A DNA stretch of 64,000 nt from Balanoglossus misakiensis (GCA_040954595.2 CM082589.2:4974213-5038212); one strand, 5' to 3'. Counted from the first letter of the stretch, positions 42,489-62,292 are shown. Translations and numbers: made by a program. The notes: a model not told the origin generated them from the sequence alone.

Positions 42489-44831
42489 TGCCACTCATCT
42501 AGAAAATAAAGAAGAGATTTGAAAAGCGTGTACATAGAAGAAGTGAACAACTTTCAAAGTGTTAGGAAATATTGCTGAACTGAGCTTTGTTATAGTGAAA
42601 ACTAGTGTGGTTGGGAAATTGAATGGTGACACCCCATTGAATCAATATTGTGCTTGTCAAAAACTTAAATGTAAAATCAGTTTGCGCTTGGGACCATAAA
42701 AGACAACACATCAGCCTTTTTATCTGCGAGTTTCTCAGCATGCAGCATTTCGAAAATGTCCGTTCCCCCTCATGGTTCGGAGTGATTGTAGTGTAACAAT
42801 ATTGGCTTATGTGCTGTCATATCTAGACATCTAGTCACTCATGGGTGTGTTTAGTATGCTTTGTGAAAAATCATTTGCTGTTTGAATAAAATTTTTAAAT
42901 TTATGTGATGTGGTTTGAACTTTCGTGTTTTAAGTCTACTGTAGCGTCCTCTAGAGAACACTTGGAGCATACCTACTGTTTTTCTGCAACCTTGCGTGAC
43001 ACGACACATACAGCCAATGTTGGAAGATAAAGTTGAATATTTATTCAAAAGACTTGGTATGTGGCTTACAGGAATTTATAAGTACATTAAATACTGCTTA
43101 ATACTATATAGTGGCATCATCAAATAATATAAAACGGTTATTTTTTAATGTTATACATAGCTTTCTGTATTTTGTGTGTTGCGCTCAAAACATGCGATAA
43201 CATACCAGGAAGTTATACAATAAGTGGAGTCAACAAACATGGACGTCACACAATATGGAAGGAATCGGTGAAAATCATTACCATCATGATGAAAAAGTAA
43301 ATTAAACTTTGTAAAAGGCTTTACACAAGGGGTGACTTGGGTTACATGGAAGGCAGGGCGAAATCTGATCCAAAATCAGTAAAAGTTGGGAAAACAATGA
43401 TCATTGATAGGGAAAATACTGAGTCACTCTGGAATACTGGCCATCTATGGTCGATACAAACTGTCAAAACACAACCGTGAGATTTATCAATTATCATGAT
43501 TCAACAGTTCCGATTTTTGCTGAAAGTCGGTGTTTTTCAAAAGAAACTCAGAAATTGATTTTGAACACACTCTACAGCCAAGTCTGAAGTTCCTGATCAA
43601 GCTACTGAAACTGTGCATGGGTTGACCTGTTGACCTTGCATGCTAATATCCTATTTACGCATACATAATTTGCTTTGTTTGCACAAAAAGGAAAACTCAA
43701 GGTAGAATTTTACATTAAATATTGGAAATCAACAAAACCTGAAAACCACATACCAGAACATTTCAACACTAGGAAGTTGGTGACTCTTTCTATAAATCAG
43801 CGATAATATTGTATACATATAATGAATGTTACATGTATATGACGGCATTACATCGACAAAAGGTACATCTGCATAGTTTATATTGGAAAAAAGTACAAAA
43901 CAAATTCCAAGGCAAACATCAAAATCTTTGCTTTTTACTAAGTCTGGGGCCTGATACACAAGCATAGAAAACTTCCACCTATGCAAAATTTGATTTGACT
44001 CGCACCCCAAACAGTATGGACCGGTCCACACGAAAAAAACCTGTAAGGGTCACTCAAATATATTACATAGTCTAGAGGTGTCTAAGGGCGAACACTACTT
44101 GATAGTTAGTAGGTATTTTACTCTGGTCTATAATTTCAACGGTAAATACAAGTATTGCATTTATTTTGACCTCAAATGAAGACATAAGAAAGCAAGCAAT
44201 TAGATACAACTGGCAAAAATACTGTGCGCACACAATGACGTGGTCCTAATATTGCAGACATCTGTGCAAAAATGTGTGTAAAAAGCGAAAAGGGGCTTCA
44301 AACTTGAGGCAATCTACAATCACAGGCTCTTGATCACGGATGGACTTTGGTATTAATATAAAACTCTGTTTTGAACACATCAACTTACAAAGAGGTTCCT
44401 CACATTGGAGGATCTTGCACAGAACACTTTTGAAAACATAAACAGGCAGAAGTTACCAGTAATGAAAACCCTTATGACCAAAAACAGACAAACACATCAA
44501 AAACACAAGAAAATGAAACGCTTTTTCTCTACATCAGCAGTAAAAAAAACTGTTTTTCAGAATCGCAAATAATTTCTTCAGAAGACATAATTCAAGGTCA
44601 AATGTCAAAGGTTAGAGTTTGTTATTCTGATACTACTGGTAATGAATGCAAATCGGAAATTTTATATTTTGTAAATCTTCCTGTCAAGATGACTATCATT
44701 TCAACTATACACGTTGTAGCTAATATTATTGTACTTATCAATTAAATACGCGACCCTATTTATTTTAGCACAAGCCACACTTGGAAGGACTGCTTGGTGA
44801 AAACAGAACATTTGAACAATTTTACATAATT

Positions 44832-44998
44832 CAGTCAAACCTGTCTATAGCGGCCAGTCAAGTGACTTTCCTAAACCGTCCTTTATAGACAAGTCCTTTA
44901 ATACACATGTTAATTGCACAGGGACTGTAACAATGTGGCCGTTATAGACAAGTTTCCACTAAATATAATAGAGGTGGCCACTAACACAGGTTTGACTG
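44832..44998. mobile_element. Tc1/mariner (pogo/Tigger-like) MITE just downstream of the RAB23 stop
   Basis: Perfect 13-bp TIRs CAGTCAAACCTGT / ACAGGTTTGACTG, TA on the right flank. Related termini at 35910 and 58425. Confidence 0.75.
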
Positions 44999-45095
44999 TA
45001 TTCCTTCATACTGTGTGTATCAGTCTGTCACTGGGTGTGTGTGTTATGCGCACATGTATGTATGCAGGTGGGGGGCGGTCCAGAGTGTGAAATTC

Positions 45096-48000
45096 TCAAA
45101 GTTTGAAACAGAAACCCTTTTTCTTCCCGTGCGTTCTCTGCTTGGTCGGTTTCAGCTGGATGGTACTGCCACCGATCTCTTGTTTGTTTGTGTGGTTCAC
45201 CGAAGAGGAGGAGGTCGTTCCGGCAGTGTCAAATATGCTTCCTGCGCAGAGTGAAACAGAGAGAGAGACATGGCGTTAGTTCATCACATCGTCGCAAACC
45301 ACGGCCCTTTTACGGCAGCGCTCTGCTCCCAGCAAAAAGGCTGTGGTATAATACGGCCATGTATTCAGTATTTGGTCTAGGCGCTTTCACAGTACATCCA
45401 ACAACCAATCAGATTGCTTGTTACATCCCATTCACGCATCTCATTACATCTCATTCTAAACAACATGGCGGCTTCCAGTGGCAGTGCTCTGAGTCTGAGT
45501 GAGAGCGAAGAAGGTGCACTTTGATTGGCCAGATTATAATGATGTCATCTCATGAACATGCATTACCAATATGTTCAAATACCAGCACAGTACTCCATTT
45601 TAACCAGAGTACGTGATTTCGATAGTGAAACGAAAGAAATACGTAGTCTGGTGGGGCGAGAATGGTTCATCTTGTTGTCATCTTGTACTGAAATCTACAT
45701 TCGACGTGTTCTAATAGTGGACCGCCTTCGTTTCCTCCCACATTTCATGTGCACTGTACAAGTACACTATAGTTTTTGTCCCTTCTTTTCAACCAATTTC
45801 CCGATCTCCGAAACAGACTATGGTCGCCGCCATATTGCCTGTTGTTAGGACAGGACACTGCCTTAATGGCGGTGACTGTATACAATTGTTGTAACCAGAG
45901 TCTCTGGTTTGGCACATGCACATAAGCTGACCATCCCCTTTAACCAGTATACATTTCAGCAATACGTACCAATTTTAGTCTGTGTGGTGGACGTCTCCTC
46001 TGTTTCTGAACTCTGTAATCTGGCTAGGTATCTCTCTGTTAGATACCTAAATACATCATTTACGTTTAAGTCTTCTTTCACAGATGTTCTTAAAAACTTG
46101 AGTTTTAATTTTTTAGCTAACTCGTCTGCTTCTTCTCTGTAAAACAAACAAACAAGGAAAAACATTTCTTATTCATGATGTGGAAGAAAATCTTATCTAC
46201 ACTCCTGCAAAAGAAAGCTTGCATGGCTGTAGCAATATCTTTTTATAAATTTATTTGGGTCACTGTCTTCATTTTATGCTGACATGTAGTACAGGGTTTA
46301 ATTATGGTGTGCTGGTTAATATTTAAACTAATATTATGTATGTATAAACAAAACATCAGCTACTATTTTTGTACCAATTTCCTCGTTTCATTACAGGGAT
46401 AAAATTGACATTTAGTCTGGTTTTGGAATGAACACAGCTGAACCAAATAAAGCAACGAAGAAAATCAACATATAACCAGTATGCTCTGGGGGGGGGGGGG
46501 GGGGAGTGATTGGGAAAATCACAAAGTCACGCTTGCTCTGTAGATACTCACGGGTCCAAGACAGCTTCATCCACCAGATCTATCTTGTTCTGCACTAACG
46601 CCATGGGTATATTGCCTACTTCGTCTTCCACTTTCCGTTTCCAACTCTCAATGGCTTCGAAGGAATCACGGTCTACTGTTGAGAACGCCAAGACACATGC
46701 TTGCGCACCTGGGAGGTAAAGGGGAACACAGAAAATACCGGCACATCATTTCATTTGTAATGTCAAAGACAAAATCTCCTGTGTTCTCTGAATATTACTG
46801 TATTATCTTAAGGATGGTATATATACAGTTGTATTACTTGTAAAAATTGGAAACGTTAAAACAAGAAAGAAGCAACAATCTTGTCTTAAAAATCTCATTT
46901 ATGCTCATGAGGTCACTGTTTTATTTTGAGTAATAAAAAGCAAATCAGCGCTAATATTCTGCAATGTCTGTCGGTAGAAAGTCCAGAATACACTGTATGA
47001 TACATCAATCAATAATACGTAATATCTAAACACGAGTTCTAATTTTACAGTGATAATGACTGGGAGGTGTTTTGTCGTATCTGAATTAAACTATCCACTG
47101 CAGATTAAATGCGTACGAAATTAACCCATTGATCGCCATGGAAACCAATGAAATAAAATGAGGTCATCCTTACAGTCTGGCATAAGATAAATGTACTCTT
47201 GTTGAATTTTGTGGCTGAGTTAAAATCTATGTCAAACCGACAAAAAGCCAGGCAGGGGTAAGACAAAATGAAGTCTGTATTCACACAGGTGTCGGGCAGC
47301 GTTATCACAAATCGATAAGACCCACCCACAATGGTAATGATAGCTTGATAATCTCCGACAAAGAAAACAATGCACACTTTAACGACCTGAACCCAGCCAG
47401 CGTCAATCAATAACACATGCGGCCATTTCGTGTTTCCTGGTAGATATTGATCTGTAAATCTCTCTCCTTTCAAAATCAGCAGAACCGACTCGACCATTTA
47501 GAACAAATGAGAATTTTCATGCACAACGTGGCGGTAATAAGATTTAACCCTTTCGCCCCCATGGTTTGGTCCAACTCCGCTGCTCTCAGTGGCAGTGTTG
47601 GACCGCTACACAGGGAAATGGGGGTGACAGGGTTGAAAGAACTGAACTCTCCCAACACACTCAGCTATTTAAATGGCATACGGTGACAGAAGGCATTTAC
47701 TACTACCCGGTAGATGAAATGAAAAGTGCACTTCAATCAAATCACTGACTAACACTGCATGTACCACTGAGATTTGTAACAAATTTAATGAGAGTGAACA
47801 TCTGCCATAGAGCTGAACAATTTCATCGGGTATACATGTAGCTTAGCCCTAGCCATATTTTTTTACCCTCTGCGCTCTCAAAATTATGTCTAACAGGATT
47901 TCGCTCACAGCAATAAAACTTCAGAATAATTGTATGGGCCAAACTATTTGGATATTTGTGCACTGTAAGAAAATAAGAGTCCCTTTAACCCTATGCATGC

Positions 48001-49726
48001 AGGTAGTAGGGTAAGATACTAGGAATGCTTAATCTCAAAGGAACACTGCGAAGGAAATTGGGCCACAGAGATTGAAATGTCAAACTCAACATTCGTTGAA
48101 GACATTTCCAAGAATTCCCTGCAGCAGTCCACCCACTGATGAAGCTAATGCTAGTGAGGTCAGAGCTGAATTTGGTACACGTACATTGTTTTTTTTCTGG
48201 CTGTTTTTTTCCTGTAGACAAGTAGCGACTAGGTTCACATTTTTTCATGTGTAGGTGTATGTTTGAAATAAAATTAAAATAACCAATGAATATGGGATTT
48301 ACTTTTTCCGACCAGAGCCATTTTTCAAAAACATCTGCCACATTAAATGCGCATTATGTCAGCAATTAGATTGATGACCTGTTTATTATGGATTTTTATA
48401 ATATTCATGAAGTAATATTTAAAAAATCCATATTGTATGGAAACGACTATACCCACTTTTACTGAATACACATCAGAAACATTTTGTGTTATTGATTTTG
48501 AGTTAGTGCACTTTCCTTCATAACATACGTGTAAGTGTCTCAGACAACTGCCATGACCCATCACGAGAATGTTAACCCTTCCACCCCCAGTTCCACTCTT
48601 TAGCCGTCCAACCTTACCATAGAAAACAATGGGTTTGGACTCAACCATGGTGGTGAAAGGGTTAAAGTGGATCTAGGGTGACAGCAAACGTGGCACGTAC
48701 CTCTGTAATATGATTTTGTGATGGCATCGAACTCCTCCTGGCCAGCGGTGTCCCATAACATTAACCGAACATCTTCACCGCTAACTCTGTGGGCAAAAAA
48801 AAAAAAAAATTCACAATGAAGTTAAAAACTGACCTTAACAAGAAAGTGTAATTATCTCTCATGATACATCTTTACATTGTTAATCATAAACGATATTTAA
48901 AGGGACAAAGCCCCTCACTTTTGACATCTTTATGTGTAATTTAGTTTTTTAAGACAACATGCTTCTCTTGCTGTACTCTTTAATAGTAACAGTACATGAA
49001 ACATGTCATGGTCACTAAAATCAGGGACACACTAAGTAGGGAACATTTATTGTCTCAAAACGTCCTTGAAGATTCAAATCCCACACAGGAAAAGCCGGTA
49101 AGATGAAAGTGTGAAAGAAGGAATCCCGCAACACTGACTTCTTAAACATAAAAGAAACTCGGTGACAAAATATCACTCATTGTTTACGGTCAATAAATGT
49201 CAACATTGAAAGCCACAATACGCAGTACAATGTAACCAGTTTAGCGTGGGGGATGATGCATTCTCAAGAACACGTACAGTGAACATGTATTCACAAGAAT
49301 AGATTCTCGCTTCCGTCAATACAACAATTCAATTCGCAGTGTGGTGGCACAGAAAAGTCAAGGCAACCACGGTGCTCAACCACCTTAGGCTTGAGCCTTC
49401 ATTTACATGAAACCAACAGTGTCAGCATTTATAGCTGTCTCAGTATATGTACACATTTTGTAACTTGTTTGCTTGTGTGTATATGTGTCTGACTATATAA
49501 TTTACAGACAGACTGGACAGTCAGCCACCTTCCCCACCCAGGTATGTCAAGCACTTACTGGGTGTACTTACTCTATTTGCCGTTCAAGGAAGTCCACTCC
49601 TATTGTCTTCTTGTAATCCTTTGTAAATATCCCCTTACAATAGCGCTGAATCATACTGGACTTTCCTACAGCTCCGTTGCCGACGACGACAACTTTTATA
49701 GCCACTTCAATCTCTTCTTCCCTCAT
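45096..49726 (-). CDS. RAB23: Ras-related protein Rab-23 (236 aa)
   Basis: Exons 49726-49572, 48786-48701, 46708-46552, 46136-45970, 45241-45096 in phase. [79 protein letters not shown]; ends in CaaX CFKL. Confidence 0.95.
48572..48665. mobile_element. ~90-bp piggyBac-like MITE (TTAA-CCCT...AGGG-TTAA); further copies 39572-39664, 47544-47636, 61303-61396
   Basis: TTAA flanks, CCCTT/AAGGG termini, shared core CCATAGAAAACAATGG / CCATGGTTTGGTCCAA in four introns, in both orientations. Confidence 0.8.
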
Positions 49727-52700
49727 TATTATTTCAACAGTCTATAAGATTTTTTTTTAAACAAGGTGAACTTTTTTTATAACCACCACCGAAGGTCTAT
49801 CACAGAGAAGTCTTGACTCGGAATGCAAGTGCTTGAAATCTTCAGTGTCTGCAAATATATGAACAAAAACACAGTGAATTAGTGTGATACGTGGCTGGTA
49901 TGATCGACCAGGAAGCAACGGTATTAAAACATGAGGTTACAGACAGTTCTTTGTGTGTCATATCACGACTGAGATAACAAGGGACAATATCCAAAACCAA
50001 CATAACTGATCAAAGGGCATGTCCTCACAGAATCCGACACTAAAATGTTTGTGTCACACCAACACTGTATGGGTGAATAGGTCTCTCCTGCGTTTTCCAG
50101 AACTTGGATTTTCTCAATATTTTGATCCAAGCCTTTGGTAAATAGCAAATACATGTATGACGTGTTGCTTAGGGGAGCCAGAAACAATGTCAGTACATGT
50201 AGTTCAAATTACAAATACATGGCCTGGTTTTTGAGCCTGTAAATTAAGTCTGTTTGAAAGCAGAGTTCTCCCAGACCATAACAGTTAATGACAGCCTATA
50301 GTATACTGTGTATACATATACGAATCCCTATAACAGTTATTCAATACATCATTTCTTTGAGATTATTCAATGTTGATACACCAATGTGACCATGGAGAAT
50401 GGATGTATTGAATTCCTTCTAAAATCCATATCAAAAGAAATAATCGGGCATGCAGCTATCATTATTATTAAACACAGACAAAGAGAAAAGACTGCCTTTT
50501 CTACTTGTCTAGGTGTATTGAAAGGAGTAAGTTTTCTGTGAGACAGATATCACCCAGACATCAGTGCACGATTCCAGTAGATCCAATGGTGCCTGTCACA
50601 ATATCGCACAAACGGGTCACATGATAAAACTGTCTGGGTCAGGGTTGTATTGAACAGCTCGTCCACTCCCTACAGACTTTTACTTTGCCTAGGGTGTCCG
50701 TGAGATTACCCGGGTACATGCACAAGAAGATAGTGCCACTCGGCAGTAATTGATCCTCATTACGGCATTATTTTTTCCTCCCATGAATTTTTTTTGTCGC
50801 ATTCAAAGCGGCCTCTCTGCTATTTTTCTCCCAAAAGTCACCTCTGGGTGGTTGCTGTGGCAACACCGTGTCAACAGATGAGCAATGTCAGTCAGCCTTG
50901 TAAGAATGGCACGCTGAACGATTTCACACACTAGTACCATCTGTAGCCCATTGACTCTTATTGTCAGCTGTACAACTCACTAACAAGCATTAACCACCAG
51001 GTAAATTGTTCCCCAAGTTAAATCCAACTTTTAAACTAAAGCCTAAGTGACAAAAAATGCTGAAACTACAACAACATGTACGGTTCATGTATCCGTATCC
51101 TTCAATCTGGCAAACATTACTTTGATCCATGTCCCTGGAAATTTTGGATAGGCAGGGCTGAAATTATTTACCATATAATATCAGGCAATCATATCAGCCT
51201 ATATCTCCTCAACTACCGTACCCCATTTATCCAGTGAAAGTACTTATTTTTGTATCATTTTTTGTGGGAATAACGCCAGGTGTGTCTACTCAACCTGAAA
51301 CAGAAAGCGGCTTTTCAGGGCCAGAGGGTTTGTATCTGTACTTTCCCACCATTGTCTTGTGTTTTGATATATATTTCTGTGCCCGGCCCTCTCTTTGTCA
51401 CCGAGGCGATCTTCAGGAGGGAATGGTCATGCCTCATTACTCCTCTGAATGCCCCATACATTTTCCCTGTCAAAATGCGGTGCGACTTTTTATTAAAATC
51501 ATTTTCACACATTGGTCTTGACTCCCTCCCCCACCTTTTTAGATAAAATGGACTTCATTATCATTCGTCTGTAAGGCTTGATCAAAATTTTAGAAAAAAT
51601 TTGATAAAAGTCGTATGAGGGTAATTTGTGTAAGAAGACGACAAGTTGATTACATGTCGCCAGAACACAGGGCAGTGACACCTGGGTATTACAAGTAGGA
51701 TGGACTGGTATACATATTGCTTGTTGAACTGTGTAATGCTATCCTAATATCGCTAGTTTGCTGTTTAAGAGAGAGAGAGCTTACAAACACCGACAGCCAA
51801 TGTTATTAATAGCATTTACAAGGTGATGACATTTCCAAAGCAACCTTACTGTTATGTACGTGTACCGGTCGGGTACTTAAACCGAGAACTATGTAAGCTG
51901 GGTTTTAATTGAGTTTTTTAGCTGCCATTTGCTACATTGCTGTGAGCCTGTGGGATCAGTTGCTGAACTCTGAAACTATCCAAGCAGTTGTCAGTGGCTG
52001 TATATTTTTCTGTGTCACCTTAAAAATACTGCCAAGGAGACATTATTTGATGGGTCACCTATTCACCCAAATACAGTGTTTGAAGCAAAAATGAAATATA
52101 TTTTTGGATGGAGCCGGTGTGTGTAAATACTATAACAACACGACCATTGATGTCCATTAATTACAAAGGTTAAGGGTTAAAAGTCCATATTTTCTAACCA
52201 AAAATTCGGGTTCTGTGACTGTGTAAATAGATTATCTGGAATTTTGAAATGCTACAAGTGTATAACTGCACTACTGTGGGTTTTGTACATTGACAGACTG
52301 GCAGTAATACACACAAACATGAATAATACATGTAAACCTACTGTACCATAGCAGCTTTCTTGTAACAGACAAAATGTAATCACTTAAATTGTGTTTCAAA
52401 CTCTGTTTCTGCATGTGCAATTCCTATCAAATGCGAAAAGCCAGAGACATCACTCAACTGTTCCCCCACGACTAACAGGTTGCAAGTACAGCCCTCTCGG
52501 GATGGACCTCCTTCCAAACCACTACATCATCTATAACTGAGAATGATTGTGATTTTTGCAAAACGTACAAAATGAATTAGTTGTGTAGTACAGCAGAGTT
52601 CAAAAGCGGGCAGAAATTTAAAAGTAAATGGATAGTGTGTGTATGACAGTATTTCCATGTCAAAACAATTGTGTCTGAAATATACACACAAGAGAAAAAA

Positions 52701-54174
52701 CTGATAGCAGAAGTAATGAACTAATATCATAATTGAACATGAAAACGTTAGCTGCAAATAATCAAGTGGCACTCCTTATACTCTCATTTAATGAGTTTTG
52801 CATTAATTATTAATTATTAATCATTTAATGTTACATGTATCAGATACATTTCAAAATGAAATGTCCATCGTTAAATATAACGAAATGAACATGTTGTCAG
52901 TAAAAATTTGAGATGTGTTGGTTTTTTCTTAATCTTTCAAAGCCACAAGAGTTTAAATAATTTAACCCATGGTTCCAACTCTTGAAGAAAAAATCATGTT
53001 GCCATGGAGATAGTACGGTCGCTATGGAGACAACACTTGGTTTAGAATGTTGATTATACATGTATTTAATTAAAACTCTTGGGGGGCTTTTAAAAAACTA
53101 AGTGACATTGGTATGTACCATTTAAACATGCTTTCATCTTACATTTAGTTGTATCTTGTCCTACATTTTCACATTCAATGATTCATGTATAAAACACAAG
53201 TTAGACATTTTTTATAAAGTCATCAACTCCTCACTAATAATACAATACATGATGTCTAAACAAATACAACATGATATCTCCCGGTTTATATGACTGATAC
53301 AAATCGACATCAAGCTGGTAGAACTTGAAGTTAAACTATTTTTCTTTGGTTGCCCCCAACTTTGTGAAGATTATGTGAAAAAGGTGTTGCCACTTTTGTC
53401 AAACTAACAGCAGAATCGCACTGCTGTGAAGTCTAATCTGCGAGTGGGTGGTTCTATTTTTGATTGTATTCAATTATCTGCTCCTGTCTGTCGTGATTGC
53501 TGCATTTGTGCTCACCACGTCTGATTTGATTTGCAGCATCACCAAAGGCGTCCCCATTCTCCGAACAGCAAACACTGACTTGTATTCACAGTTCAGTGTC
53601 CATTATCATTGTGTGTCAGCAGCCAGTGCTGGCCCTTCCACTGTCTGCCTCAAGCCACAACAGGAAGAAAGAATCAAATAAGCATTATTATTGTCGTCAA
53701 CTCACTGTCAGTGACACAGAGCCCTTCAGATAGGCAGATTGTCTGTTGTTGTTTGTCCGTCTGTCTGTCTGTCTGTATGCCCATCAATTGTGTTATTCTC
53801 GGAAACCACTGATCACATGCATTCAACTTGAATATTTTATGCATATAAGTTATAACAGTATATGCTCAGGATAATCTAAGTCAGATTTGTCCAAATGGCA
53901 ATACCGTACCAACATTTTGGGGACAATATCTGTAGTTTTTGGTGAAAATTTTTTTTCCTGTAATTAGCTTTGCCTGAATGGTAATTCACCCCACACTACA
54001 CATGGATGGTCAGGCGCAGTATGCATTGCTTTTTCTCACGGCCTGATGCATCAACAATCAATACCAGCTTCTTTGTACGGAAACTCCTCAATGCAATTCC
54101 TCCACATTAAGTGCTGGGTCAGTATTGATTTTTGACATAATGCTGGTATCAAGTTCACTGCTGGAAAACTTGGC

Positions 54175-54233
<59 letters not shown>
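54175..54233. repeat. (GAT)n microsatellite
   Basis: Read directly. Confidence 0.95.
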
Positions 54234-54235
<2 letters not shown>

Positions 54236-56789
54236 AGTTCGATCTATCTGAGAACACTTCGGTCACTGGCCTTGGTGAAGTATTGCTTCAGTACTGTACT
54301 GTAAATGACCATGTGTTAATAATGTAAGGATACTTTGAATAACAACAGGTGCCCATCATGCAACAATGCATGCCCTATGGTTCTGAGTCACTCCTTACTT
54401 TTGAGAATCAACCTGCTATGTGGATTTTATCATGTGAGGTCATGCAAACCATTGAGAAAGCGAGGGCACTCGGATAAATTGTGAAGACAAGTATTGATTT
54501 GTTGTAGGGCATTTGTCAGGCAAATACAATGCAATTAATATAATTGATAGTGTTCATGGTGCCACCGTTAACTGCACCCCAGGGACAGTTTCTGGATAAT
54601 TGTGTTTCATGTACCTTAGTCACCTGTCAAAAACAGAAGGGACTTCACATGTAGTAAACCATTCCCATTCATGTTGCAGATACTCAATACATTATTGGTA
54701 TTTATTGCAGATAATCAACAATTTTTTCTGTATGTCATCAATACATGGTAAAAGCGAACTCACGTGAAAGCGAGATACAGATCATGAAGTTCAAATGACT
54801 CCTTACGGGAAGTCAAGGACAAAGTCGAACATTGTAACAGCTAGGAGACTGACCTACAAATACAATGTACAAAATGAACCCCTAGTACAAGTGTAGAGTG
54901 TCCTACATTTGCCACGTACCAATATATCAAAACCCAGGAAAATAATCTGTAGTATATAGATTGGATAAATTACGGTAATTAAACCAACTATTCTTGTTAA
55001 TATTACAATGTACAGGTACATTTTTTTGGATGTTACATACTGTTGAAACACAACAGCATACAATGTATAATTTTCCACACCCTGGTTGAATGTGACTATA
55101 TGACTATATTTGTCACATGACTGAAATCCCTAATGTACATTTGTATTTTGCTTGTTGGAGTGTCACTTTCCAATATACACATGTAACCTGGCTTTTTAAA
55201 TACAATACCAGTTCAGTCTGCAGTACCATTCAGTGTTACATTATGACTCACCAGTGAATACACTTTGACATCAATGCAGTCACCTGCAGAATAAATAAGC
55301 AATTGACTGAACAAAGATCCGGTCTGAATTCCTTCACAACAGCATTTAATCACCAAAACAATGAATCATGTTTTGTCTTCCTCAACATTTCTTTTGGGTT
55401 GAGGTTGACAGTAGCATGATTATTTATAGTGAAGTGTGATGCGATAATGGCCTAAAATCACAGTAAACAGCTACTCAGGTGGAATGGGGAGGCAAAGTTC
55501 TGGTCACTGCTATCAAAGTTCAGTAACCTCTGGACTCAGTAATGAATTGTCAAGTGTTGCTGAATGACCACTTTGCCCCAATACAATGTAGTCTGACATG
55601 CTACTGCATTCTTTAGGTTAATTGACAGCTCGACATTGTCTTCAGTCAGGTTAGAAAAATGGCCCCATGAGACTGGTCAAAAACATTACATAAGTTGAAC
55701 ACCTTTTGTTTTTGAGGTCTCATGTATATTTTTTCCCCTGAATATCCGTCCCGTCATTTGGTATCAGGTTGTCATAAAACTGAATCGATGTTTTTAAACT
55801 GTTCAAATAAAGTTTTATAAATATCAAATGAATATTTTGGGGAAATATCAAATATTGACACGTAAATAATGCTTATAATGTACAAATCCCCTAGGCATTT
55901 TTGAAAAGACCCTGCAATGTACATGTACATTAATGGATATTTCATACGTTGTATCAATATTGACAGAAGGACTTTGGGTTCAGAGAATATTTGAATTTAC
56001 TTGATCACAAGAATTATGCATTCAAACCACTATGTGTATGTTTAACAATTCACTGATGTTCGTGTATTCCCAACACCTATTTTCTTCCTCAGAAAAAAGA
56101 CAACAGACTACCTGGGTGGCCTATTTTTTATATTATTAATATTTAAATATCATCTGATTTATAAGGCTAAATGGGTCTAATGACAGGCTTCCTATATAGC
56201 CATAGGCTATAGCAATAATTGGCAGTACATTGTCTCATCTGAAATTTATAAACTGAAACTTGTTTCATCCAGGATGACATCATATGGGGGGGGGGGGGAT
56301 CTTTACATGTAAGTGGGGGATGACCCCCCCCCCCCCCCCCCCCCCCCCGTTTGCGCGTTGGTAGAGAATGTTTATTTCTTCCCCCAACATTTGTATTTTA
56401 TGCTATCGGAAAGAAGAGAACAGCGCGATCACAGCTGGTCTGGAAACATGTCATCGACCTCTGTAAGTGCAGACATTTTGTTGTTTTGTCACACGCACGG
56501 TGCGGTCACCTACCCCACCGGCGCGGCCATCAAAACATGGTGGCCACGATCGAAACACCCGGCCGGACCGTAGCGGTGCTTGTGTCAAAACCCTTCGCAT
56601 GTCTTCACGGACACAACTTTACTCAGTCCAAGTTCAGTTGGCAACTCATCATGGGGGGAAATCTCCACACAGTTTCATCTGGGGTATACCGCGGCAAGTA
56701 ATGATAAGGCGTGCCAGACATCTGAAAAACAATCACCGTCGCTATGTAAACTGGCGCCGACAGCTGATCATTTGAACGTCAAAACTTAC

Positions 56790-57383
56790 CGGACAGCTCA
56801 TAGGAGAATGTGACACTTGCCGGTGGATTTCCCTGTTGTCGATTTCAAACCAGTCCGCTCTCCTCGTAACTCGACGGTTCCAATCGATCTCCAGTCTCGG
56901 TTGGGATTCAACTTTACGCTTCCGACAAAAGACGTGGGAATAAGCCAAATCTCGAATTATTTACGGTTTTTTCCTCTCCTGATCTGTACTTCGGATCGTC
57001 AACCTTCTGGGGTGGAATCTCGTCGTTTCCGACTCACTAAAAGGTCACGTGACTTCTGTCATTGGCTGCCTAGCAGCCCATAATATTTTTTAAACGAGAA
57101 GAAGGCCTATAAAAACAAACTATATTTCACACACCATTTTTGCGCATTTATCTTCGAGTATCGCATTGTTCAATCGATAAAAAACTATCTTCTTTCAATT
57201 TAATAGCAAAGCTGGTGCACTGTTCTGTTCAATTTCACGAATTACCCCTGACACGAAATTTATAGTCTGCTACTAGTATTTCCCCTTGAGTAAATCCTGT
57301 GCGAACAAACCTACAACTTCCCGACAAGAGGTTTCCCCATTTTGAAAAGTCATTTGGATCAAAGGAAATCCTCGAGCAACAAG
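56790..57383. promoter_or_regulatory. Putative bidirectional promoter RAB23/USP14
   Basis: CpG-rich island; palindromic GTCACGTGAC at 57044-57053; ATTGG at 57061; minus-strand donor CCG|GTAAGT at 56789 (likely RAB23 non-coding exon 1); USP14 ATG at 57384. Confidence 0.6.
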
Positions 57384-61668
<4,285 letters not shown>

Positions 61669-62292
61669 TAAGTATCGCAGATGAACGAAAGATCTCATCT
61701 CACACTGGAAACTGATACCAGCTGGAAAACATGGCATCTGCACAAATACTTCTGAAATCAGCCCCCCCCCCCTCCTCTCTCTCTCTCTCTCTCTCCTTCT
61801 CGCTTGCAGTGATTGTGACTGCCATGTGGTGGGGGGGGGGGGAACCATTTTTCCGAAATGTTATAAACTGGCCAAACACAAGAAATAAATGTGCCCCTGT
61901 CGGGTGGAAAATTGCCATGCTTATCTTCAATGTACTGTAATTAAAATTTGTGCTATCACATGCATTTATGTATATGAAAATAGTGATATATTTGCGATTG
62001 TCTAATCCCAGCCTGTGGTGTGTGACGAATCCAAGTCCTCTCACAGTATAACATTAGCCAAAATCACCATGTCGACCCAAAAACAAAAATAAAACGACGG
62101 AGAATGGTTTAAGTCTGTTCAGTTGACGTTACTATTCAATGCGTTTGAAATATATAGTATGTCACAAGAAAGTAGTGCAACGTCTCAAGGCTCTGGTTTA
62201 ATATACATAGGGTACTAAAAGACAACTTGTATAAAAGATCCATATTTAGCACTCCCTAGTTCTGAACCGGCATGGATCAAGTTGCTAGGCAT

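Noticed and set aside
53448-53681. Hydrophobic 77-aa ORF nested in RAB23 intron 1
   Set aside because: Non-ATG start, no family motif, no convincing splice partners.
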